A stretch of 64,000 bases of DNA from a virus. The translations under genes were made by a program, and so were the position numbers. This document shows positions 57,472-64,000 of the stretch, one piece after another. The notes beneath the pieces are model-generated. The model was given only the letters and a program-made list of their open reading frames with translations. It did no database searches and had not been told where the DNA came from. Positions within the stretch are counted from its first letter, which is position 1. The number at the start of each line of letters is the position of its first letter. The stretch is from positions 32,001 to 96,000 of IMG/VR virus record IMGVR_UViG_3300037423_000600; one strand, written 5' to 3'.

Positions 57472-58157
57472 GTAAAATTGACTTGGGAGTTCACTATGCT
57501 ATAACCACGTTGCGTAAGACCGTTGACACCTTATGGGTGGACAAAGAACAAGTTCGTTCCAACCCCGCCGCCAACTTCGAGTATGTGAGGGAGAAACATA
57601 ACATTATTGCTCAGGACCCGGTGAGTCTCGATACGGTTTTAGGCCAGCGTATTAAGGAGTTGGAAAAAGCACTCAACCTATTTTCCATCTTCGGCGGCTA
57701 CGTAGTAGAGGGTGCGGGCCCGGGGGAACAGATATTTACTACCAAGGAGGACCTCGACAAATATTTTGAGTCTTTAGAGGACCTTAGTGATATTGGCGAG
57801 TATACGGTTTACCCGCTATTCAACGCCCGGTATGGTATCGAAGTGGAACGGGAATACGGGCGGGACGATATCACAATCAGTAGTCGTCATTCCTCCACGG
57901 AGGAGGAAAAGTACGACCTCTTTTGGACTAGAGAAGGCCGGGACACCCAAGAAAACCGCGACCTATCCGAGCGTGAGCTCCAAGATGAAATCGCGGAACT
58001 CCTTTCGGACGGCATCTGTCACGAAGATATTTGGGTGGAAAAGAAGATTACGCAATCCATCGGCTTTAGGATTGATGGGGAACCTGTGGTTCGCGTAACT
58101 TATACGGAAATTCCGGCGGAGCCTAAAACCGCAACCGAGGAGGTAGACAAGTTTTGA
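57468..58157 (+). CDS. hypothetical acidic protein
   Basis: ATGA overlap; RBS GGAGG. Confidence 0.7.
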   Translation: MSKIDLGVHYAITTLRKTVDTLWVDKEQVRSNPAANFEYVREKHNIIAQDPVSLDTVLGQRIKELEKALNLFSIFGGYVVEGAGPGEQIFTTKEDLDKYFESLEDLSDIGEYTVYPLFNARYGIEVEREYGRDDITISSRHSSTEEEKYDLFWTREGRDTQENRDLSERELQDEIAELLSDGICHEDIWVEKKITQSIGFRIDGEPVVRVTYTEIPAEPKTATEEVDKF

Positions 58158-58555
58158 ATCGGCCTTTAGCAGTAGGAGACAAAATCTTCGTTAAGCCTGT
58201 AGGAAACAACGCCCGCGGAGGAAATTCAAAAGTTGAAGAATGGGAAGTGAAAGTTGTCGGCCGTAAGTATATTACGGCCGGACGGCCGGAGGAAACCGTT
58301 AGGTGGAGCGTTAAATTCTACCGCTGGGATGCTCCCGACTTTCCACTTCGTCAAGTAACCGAGTATTCACCTGACTGGCAAGTTTATTACGACCTTCAGC
58401 ACATCATGGATGAGCAGGAATACGCTACACTCCTCCGCGAAATTCGTTCCGCCATTTCCCCGGGCGGCGGGTACAGTAAACCTAGCCTTACTCTCAAGCA
58501 ACTTCGGTGCATAAAGCACATTATTGATGTAGGCGACAGCTTCTATCTTTCATAA
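58154..58555 (+). CDS. hypothetical beta-barrel protein
   Basis: L.VGD...V..VGRKYIT motif. Confidence 0.7.
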   Translation: MNRPLAVGDKIFVKPVGNNARGGNSKVEEWEVKVVGRKYITAGRPEETVRWSVKFYRWDAPDFPLRQVTEYSPDWQVYYDLQHIMDEQEYATLLREIRSAISPGGGYSKPSLTLKQLRCIKHIIDVGDSFYLS

Positions 58556-58654
58556 CCATTATTTGAGGGAGGACAAAAAGTTCTCCCTCGTTTTCTTTTA
58601 TGGTATATAATAGGTATAGGAAGGGAGGGAACCCAACCGGAGGAGGAACCGCCT

Positions 58655-58918
58655 ATGGCCTATAATCCATACGCAACTATCAGCACCAAGCATATCGACA
58701 AATTGTTGGACCAGAAAACGAAAATGGCGGCACAGCTTGAGAAGGAAATTGCTATGCTCAAGGAACGGAAAGCAGAAATCGAACGCTTCAAGGCATCCGG
58801 CGGAACCCGGGATACCGAGTTTTCCGTCAGTATAGGCGAGAGGTTAGGTGAATTATTGCATGTTCGAGGGCTTCGCACCACGGCCAAACATGACGGGCTT
58901 TACGTCCATCCCGAATGA
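58655..58918 (+). CDS. hypothetical coiled-coil protein
   Basis: RBS GGAGGAGG. Confidence 0.65.
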   Translation: MAYNPYATISTKHIDKLLDQKTKMAAQLEKEIAMLKERKAEIERFKASGGTRDTEFSVSIGERLGELLHVRGLRTTAKHDGLYVHPE

Positions 58919-59741
58919 ATTTTTCCGGGCGGATGTGTTGTCGGAACTAAAGGAGGCCGAGCTTAAAATCCTGCTGGCTACCTTTAGAAAAACCTACGGG
59001 TGGATTGACCGTATCGAAAACGGTCAGGTGGTTTACAAGCTGGAAGATGACATTTCCTATTCGCAGTACCGGGAAATGACGGGGTTATCCGATGCGTCAA
59101 TAGCCTCCGCCCTTAAGAAGCTGATTCAAAAGGGCTACATGACGCGGGTTAAGCTTGGAAATCAGAGCGGCCAATCATCCCGGTATAAAATACGTATAAA
59201 GGGAGAATCACCGGATGAATGGAACGAATTGGACTCCGACGAAAGTACAGGAATTAGCGAAACGATTGGGAGTGAACATCCAACGGTATCAGGCGGAGAT
59301 GCTTTCACTCCTGATGAACTCTTCGGAAGAAAAAAGACGGGGGCTCCGGAGCCCCGTAAAGGTAAAGGCTCCTACACCGCAAGAATCGCTTCTGTATGGA
59401 AAGATTCTTGCCGCCGCAAAGGATTCGGGTCGTACGCCCAAGCGTTAACCAACCGGGACCTCAAGCATGTGAAGGATTTGGTGGCGGCGTACGACGAAGA
59501 AACGGTTCTTAAGGCGACGGAATTTTTCGTAATGAATTTCAAGGCTATCGCAGAAAACCTTGGTATTACGTCCGGCGAACCAACCCTTCCCGTCTTGTGG
59601 GGCTTTAGGGCCTCCATCTTCCCAATGGCTAAAACGGGAGTCATCGGCTTTCAGCGTCCGGCGGCCACCAAGAATAAACAGACCCGCGAGTTCAACGAGA
59701 ATAAATTTGGCGGAGGAGGCGGAGACTTTTGGCAGACATAA
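58848..59741 (+). CDS. phage replication initiator (winged HTH, lambda O-like N-terminus)
   Basis: FT.IPNE, E.K.L....RKTYGW, ISYSQ..EMTGLS...I..ALK.L...GY; precedes DnaC-like gene. Confidence 0.8.
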   Translation: MNYCMFEGFAPRPNMTGFTSIPNEFFRADVLSELKEAELKILLATFRKTYGWIDRIENGQVVYKLEDDISYSQYREMTGLSDASIASALKKLIQKGYMTRVKLGNQSGQSSRYKIRIKGESPDEWNELDSDESTGISETIGSEHPTVSGGDAFTPDELFGRKKTGAPEPRKGKGSYTARIASVWKDSCRRKGFGSYAQALTNRDLKHVKDLVAAYDEETVLKATEFFVMNFKAIAENLGITSGEPTLPVLWGFRASIFPMAKTGVIGFQRPAATKNKQTREFNENKFGGGGGDFWQT

Positions 59742-60439
59742 TCCTCGACCCCCGAACCCTTCTCAAGTGCGGCATCATGGAGGAATACCACGACAAGGAC
59801 TTCAACGATTACTACGGGTATATCGGGAAGTGGCGTGAGTTGGTTTCGATGATTAACGCATGGAATGAGGCCCACCCGAACGATGCAATTTATCTGGACT
59901 ACGAGGCGGCGGCGGAAATCCTCAAGAAGGTTGCACAGTACGCGGCGGAAATTGAACGGGCGAAGCGGAAGGGCCTCTCCATTATCCTCGCGGGGAGTAA
60001 CGGCACCGGGAAAACTTTACTCGCGGTGTCCATTCTAAAGCGGGCGATTCGGAAAGGATTCACCGCGCAGATGGCCTCTTTAGGCGGCATCATTCAAATG
60101 TATACGGATGGCTGGAGTGACTCGCATAAGCGGGTCCTCTTTGATGAGCGGGTGAAAAACGTAGACTTCCTGATGATTGATGATGTCGGGAAGGAATATC
60201 AGGCCAAGAACTCGGACCTCACGGAGGTTATGTTCGATAACCTGATTCGGTACCGGGTGGGGCGGCGGAAGCCCTTCATATTGACCACCAACACTTCGGC
60301 CTCGGATATGAAGAACCGTTACGGCAATTCCCTGATGTCTCTTCTCTCCGGGAAGTGCCTCGCGGTGCAGATGGTCGGAGAGGATTACCGCAAGGCGATT
60401 CAAAATAAAAATCTATGGGATGAATTATCCCGCGACTAA
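59729..60439 (+). CDS. DnaC/IstB-like helicase loader ATPase
   Basis: GSNGTGKT, L.IDDVGKE, R....P.I.TTN, G.DYR. Confidence 0.88.
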   Translation: MADIILDPRTLLKCGIMEEYHDKDFNDYYGYIGKWRELVSMINAWNEAHPNDAIYLDYEAAAEILKKVAQYAAEIERAKRKGLSIILAGSNGTGKTLLAVSILKRAIRKGFTAQMASLGGIIQMYTDGWSDSHKRVLFDERVKNVDFLMIDDVGKEYQAKNSDLTEVMFDNLIRYRVGRRKPFILTTNTSASDMKNRYGNSLMSLLSGKCLAVQMVGEDYRKAIQNKNLWDELSRD

Positions 60440-60457
60440 TAAAGGAGACTTGAACCC

Positions 60458-60928
60458 ATGAGACAAACGGATAATGAGCAAGTCATGAACGCAGGGAAAA
60501 CCTATATTTTGATTATCGACCGTCAAGGTTCTGTCCTTCCGGCCGGGGCGGAACGGTTTACCTTCAAGCATTTCAGCCACCCTTCGGATGTCATACCCTA
60601 TGTGGCCGATATGAGTCGAGGAGGAGGTAAGGTACACAAAATCGTCCAGATGGACGCGATGGCGACCGACCCGGTGCCTATGGAAATCCGCTTCGAGGGC
60701 GGAAAGCTGGTTCTAGTCGAAGTTCCGGTGGTCGGGGAATACAGACGTAAGCTTGAGGAGTACGAGAGTCGTGAACTCATCATCGAACTCTCCCGCCGTA
60801 AATCGGTTGACCTATTTGAACTCGGGATGCCCGGCCTTTCGGATGACTCTGAAATGGTTATCGCGGTTCCGGGCGGGGAGAAGAAGATTGAAGGCCCCGC
60901 CAATGTACTCGTCTGTTATCAATATTAG
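60458..60928 (+). CDS. hypothetical protein
   Basis: RBS AAGGAG. Confidence 0.7.
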   Translation: MRQTDNEQVMNAGKTYILIIDRQGSVLPAGAERFTFKHFSHPSDVIPYVADMSRGGGKVHKIVQMDAMATDPVPMEIRFEGGKLVLVEVPVVGEYRRKLEEYESRELIIELSRRKSVDLFELGMPGLSDDSEMVIAVPGGEKKIEGPANVLVCYQY

Positions 60929-61024
60929 GAAAGGGGGATTCGTCCTCCTTTTCTTTTATTTTGGACTACTATCGTTCTTCGATTCCGGTTATAATACTTA
61001 TATCAGGTCAAAGGAGGGGTTACG

Positions 61025-61333
61025 GTGGCAATCAAAAGTAAGAAGTGTGTCGCCTCGGCTTTAGGTATCTATGGAAAGACAGTTAACGCTACTTTGGAAG
61101 TTACCTCGAACCGTACAACAGTAGACTTTCCCGGCAAGCTCATTCCTCAAGTATCGGATACTCCGGTGAAGGAAGAAATTGATGGGCTTCGGATTTTCCA
61201 GCCCGCGATGCACTATGAAGATAGTTCTTTCCCCGAGCGAGAGGTATCTCTATCTAAAGCAGAGGCTCGGGAATTGTATGAGTTCTTGCATAATATCTAC
61301 GCCAAGGAGGATAACCAAGATGCCGCGAAATAA
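61025..61333 (+). CDS. hypothetical protein
   Basis: Promoter motif and RBS AAGGAGG. Confidence 0.7.
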   Translation: MAIKSKKCVASALGIYGKTVNATLEVTSNRTTVDFPGKLIPQVSDTPVKEEIDGLRIFQPAMHYEDSSFPEREVSLSKAEARELYEFLHNIYAKEDNQDAAK

Positions 61334-61631
61334 GGATACCCATAACGTAGTGGAGCCGTTCGTCAATCAATTCATGGATACGCACCGGACGGAAATCATT
61401 TCGATTCTGAAAACTTGGAAGAGAACCAGCATCCTTGCTAAAACCGCCCCGGCGGAGGTTTTAGAGGTTATGTACGCCACGGAGTCGTTCTCCGGCATGT
61501 ATATGAATGGCGGCCTCCAAGCGTTTCTCCCGCGTATGCTCGGGAAGCATGTGGCTAAAGCCATTTATGATCGCATTGAAGAGGAAATCGGAAAACTCCT
61601 TGATGAAGTAGACGGGATGGTGACCGTATGA
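61320..61631 (+). CDS. hypothetical protein
   Basis: RBS AAGGAGG. Confidence 0.7.
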   Translation: MPRNKDTHNVVEPFVNQFMDTHRTEIISILKTWKRTSILAKTAPAEVLEVMYATESFSGMYMNGGLQAFLPRMLGKHVAKAIYDRIEEEIGKLLDEVDGMVTV

Positions 61632-61813
61632 ATAACTTAACTCGGAAGTTCGTTCTATCTAACGGCTCCACGTTGATTCAAGGGGTAGGCGGCTTTTGGT
61701 TCCTGCAAGAAGGCCCTGCCCGCCCTATTCAAATCTCCGCGTGGGAGGCGGCCAACATGCTGGCGGACTTGGTGGAGGCGGCGACGAAGCTTCATGAAGA
61801 ACATCAACTATGA
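61628..61813 (+). CDS. hypothetical protein
   Basis: ATGA overlap. Confidence 0.55.
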   Translation: MNNLTRKFVLSNGSTLIQGVGGFWFLQEGPARPIQISAWEAANMLADLVEAATKLHEEHQL

Positions 61814-62327
61814 CTCCATCTCCGTTGACGTAGGGTGTCGCGGCGGCAACCCCGGACTCATTGAGTACCGGGGTGTCGATACCTATACCGGGGAAACCAT
61901 TTTCCAGCGGGAACCTATCGGCCACGGGACGAACAATCTGGGCGAGTTCTTGGCTATCGTTCACGGCCTCGCCTTTCTGAAAAAGCAGAGGAGTAACCGG
62001 GCCCTGTACAGCGATTCATTAAATGCGATTCGGTGGGTTGAAGAAAAGAGGGTAACCTCCAACCTCCGGCGGAACGCGGACACGGCAAAGATTTGGTCTT
62101 TAGTCGATACCGCGTTACTCTGGCTGGAAACCAATACGTACAATACCGAAGTCCTCTATTGGGAAACCGAGCTATGGGGAGAAATTAAAGCCGATTACGG
62201 GCGGAAGGGGAAGAAGAAACGTGGAAGTAGTACAAAACATGGAGAAGCTTTGGGGGACGCTGATTCCCCGGGAAACGAGTTATACGGGGCTCCGGCAACC
62301 GAAGTTTCTGGACCAAGTGAGGGTTAA
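61794..62327 (+). CDS. rnhA: ribonuclease HI (Bacillus halodurans-type catalytic domain)
   Basis: SVD...GNPG..EYRGV, GTNN.GEFLAIVH.L, YSDS..A..WV, WGEIKADYGRK. Confidence 0.9.
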   Translation: MKNINYDSISVDVGCRGGNPGLIEYRGVDTYTGETIFQREPIGHGTNNLGEFLAIVHGLAFLKKQRSNRALYSDSLNAIRWVEEKRVTSNLRRNADTAKIWSLVDTALLWLETNTYNTEVLYWETELWGEIKADYGRKGKKKRGSSTKHGEALGDADSPGNELYGAPATEVSGPSEG

Positions 62328-62685
62328 GGCATTCGTTACATCTTTCCCGCTGAACTTGGCCTATAGGCAACGGCCCGGATTGCATTGGGATGAAGAGGCT
62401 ATCGAGTACGCAAGACAATCCTTTGATATGAAGCAACTTCCGAATGCGGTCCGGCTTATGGTGCGGGAGGAAAATAAGAAACCTGATAAGGTCTACCACG
62501 TTATCAGTTTCGTAACCAAATGCGAAGGTGAGATATGGAAAGGCGGCGGGCGGGGAGAAGATTACGAGCCGACTACTTTCACCCAACGCCGCCAGCATAA
62601 GGTGGCTATCGTCGCTAGTGAACTTGGGGAAGAACGAATGGTGTTGCTCACAGATGTAGAATACCTCCACTCGGAAGGAGAATAG
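62221..62685 (+). CDS. hypothetical protein
   Basis: 154 aa ORF overlapping the RNase H tail; start uncertain. Confidence 0.55.
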   Translation: MEVVQNMEKLWGTLIPRETSYTGLRQPKFLDQVRVKAFVTSFPLNLAYRQRPGLHWDEEAIEYARQSFDMKQLPNAVRLMVREENKKPDKVYHVISFVTKCEGEIWKGGGRGEDYEPTTFTQRRQHKVAIVASELGEERMVLLTDVEYLHSEGE

Positions 62686-62687
62686 CC

Positions 62688-62990
62688 ATGGAAAAGACGA
62701 GCCACATGTTGAAACTGGAGGCGGCCGGGATTAAGATTTACAAAATCCGCTTTAGGATGGTCCATACGTACCGTGGAAAGGTTCGGTTTGAGGATACCTT
62801 CGAGAAGGTAATTATCGACAATGAAGAATCGGCCCGGACAGAATTTCACGATGCGACCCAACGGCTCAAGAACCACGAATGTATGCGCGGATACTCCGGT
62901 TTCGCAGAACTGATTCACCCGCATATCTTTGAATCCGGCGGGTTGGCCTATTGGGGCGAAACCTTGGACCGATACGACATAAAGGAGTAA
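62688..62990 (+). CDS. hypothetical protein
   Basis: RBS AAGGAG. Confidence 0.65.
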   Translation: MEKTSHMLKLEAAGIKIYKIRFRMVHTYRGKVRFEDTFEKVIIDNEESARTEFHDATQRLKNHECMRGYSGFAELIHPHIFESGGLAYWGETLDRYDIKE

Positions 62991-62993
62991 TGT

Positions 62994-63422
62994 ATGAAAC
63001 ACGGTGATATCTCCAACCAACCTGCACCAGTTATCTTAATCGACGTTCGGCTTATATTGGAGAAGAGGCGGGAGGGGCTAAAGGGGTTGTTTAAAAAGAA
63101 ACTGTTCCTTCTCCCCGGGGCCCGAAATTGCCTGTATTACATCTTTAGGGAAGGCATTGAAGTTTGGCTTGTCATTCCACCTAACTCCGGCCTTTCTTAT
63201 CAAGAGGTACGCGATTTTTTGGAAGGGGATGCCCATATCCAGTATAACGAGCTTGTGGAACTGGACTCTACCGGACTCAACGTGGATATGTATCTTCGTC
63301 TTGACTACTTTCATGGGTTCTATCATACTTACGAGGGCGTTCCGACAACTCAGTACGCGCCGAAGTCCAAACATAAAGCCATTAGCAAAATTAACGACAT
63401 CTTCTATTTTCTTAAGGGGTGA
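62994..63422 (+). CDS. hypothetical protein, possibly degenerate HAD fold
   Basis: MKHGDISN, ILID, LLPGA. Confidence 0.55.
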   Translation: MKHGDISNQPAPVILIDVRLILEKRREGLKGLFKKKLFLLPGARNCLYYIFREGIEVWLVIPPNSGLSYQEVRDFLEGDAHIQYNELVELDSTGLNVDMYLRLDYFHGFYHTYEGVPTTQYAPKSKHKAISKINDIFYFLKG

Positions 63423-63427
63423 TTCTA

Positions 63428-63634
63428 ATGCAACCACTACCAGATGGTCTTTATCCGGTATATTTAAAGGACGGGAGGATTTACCCGGTGGGACTCACCG
63501 CCGAACAGTATGAGATTTGGAAAATCTCTACGCGCCTACTCCCCGGCAAAATTCATGTATTTTTCGACAAGCCTATGGGTGAAGCAGTAAATCTAGTGGA
63601 GGCGAATAAGAATGGCGGAGCAGGCAAATCTTGA
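63428..63634 (+). CDS. hypothetical protein
   Basis: RBS AAGGGGTGA. Confidence 0.55.
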   Translation: MQPLPDGLYPVYLKDGRIYPVGLTAEQYEIWKISTRLLPGKIHVFFDKPMGEAVNLVEANKNGGAGKS

Positions 63635-64000
63635 TATCGAGTTAGGGTTAATCTCGGCGGTACTCGATGACGGCAACATGAAGGTTCCGGTGCAGAAGAA
63701 AATCCGGGACCAGTTCTTCATGAAGCAGGAAAACAAAGACGTGTGGAACTTCATCTGGGACCACAACTTGCAGTACAAGAAGCCTCCGGAATTGGCGGCG
63801 GTCCAGCGGAAATTCCCCGACTTTAGGCCCATCATCACAGGAGAGCCGATAGAGTACTTCATCAGCGAACTCCAAACCCGGCAGAAGTACAACATGATTC
63901 TCCGAGGCATTCAGCAGGTCGGGCAGGAACTTGAAGGGCGGAACGTGCTGTCGGCGGAGAAGCTTCTGACTCAAATCGTCAGCCGGATTAATACGGAGGT
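63612..64000 (+). CDS. probable replicative helicase (DnaB-like) N-terminus, truncated by window edge
   Basis: RBS GGAGG; E.GLISAVL, W.FI..H...YK.PP....V...FP.F; frame open to the end of the window; inferred from context. Confidence 0.6.
   Translation, partial: MAEQANLDIELGLISAVLDDGNMKVPVQKKIRDQFFMKQENKDVWNFIWDHNLQYKKPPELAAVQRKFPDFRPIITGEPIEYFISELQTRQKYNMILRGIQQVGQELEGRNVLSAEKLLTQIVSRINTE

Noticed and set aside
93-63974. Minus-strand ORFs from the six-frame track (for example 9094-9690, 20907-21575, 51989-52735, 53507-54280)
   Set aside because: They are antisense shadows of well-supported + strand genes, with no recognisable motifs
1-64000. tRNA/rRNA genes, integrase, transposases, introns or inteins
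   Set aside because: No cloverleaf with T-loop consensus, no recombinase or transposase motifs, and terL, portal and MCP appear uninterrupted; judged by eye only, so tRNAscan-SE and HMM searches should confirm

Overview
This window is part of a tailed double-stranded DNA bacteriophage genome with a contractile tail, almost certainly infecting a spore-forming Bacillota host (Bacillales/Paenibacillaceae-like). Essentially all real genes are on the + strand. Layout: (1) 1-8.5 kb, small early hypothetical genes in short promoter-terminator units with repeat-rich intergenic DNA; (2) 8.6-39.3 kb, terminase, portal, scaffold, N4-gp56-type capsid, neck, sheath/tube, a frameshifted tail chaperone, tape measure, an eCIS-like baseplate and fibres; (3) 39.3-42.7 kb, peptidases, endolysin and two holins; (4) 42.7-49.6 kb, an accessory island with queD, several promoter/terminator-bounded non-coding RNAs, an alpha/beta SASP, a SpoIIIAC-like protein and an FtsK/SpoIIIE ATPase behind sigmaK-like promoters; (5) 49.7-64 kb, middle/replication genes (GHKL ATPase, DUF932, a PrkA C-terminal fragment, S1 protein, initiator, DnaC-like loader, RNase H, start of a probable helicase). 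The most striking observation is that two early transcription units almost never contain a lone G on the coding strand: none in 7428-8513 and one in 6111-6490. Every other G is in a run of two or more. This points to an unexplained sequence-context-specific DNA modification or nuclease system. All calls come from reading the sequence and recalled protein motifs. No database searches were run, and counts are hand counts.
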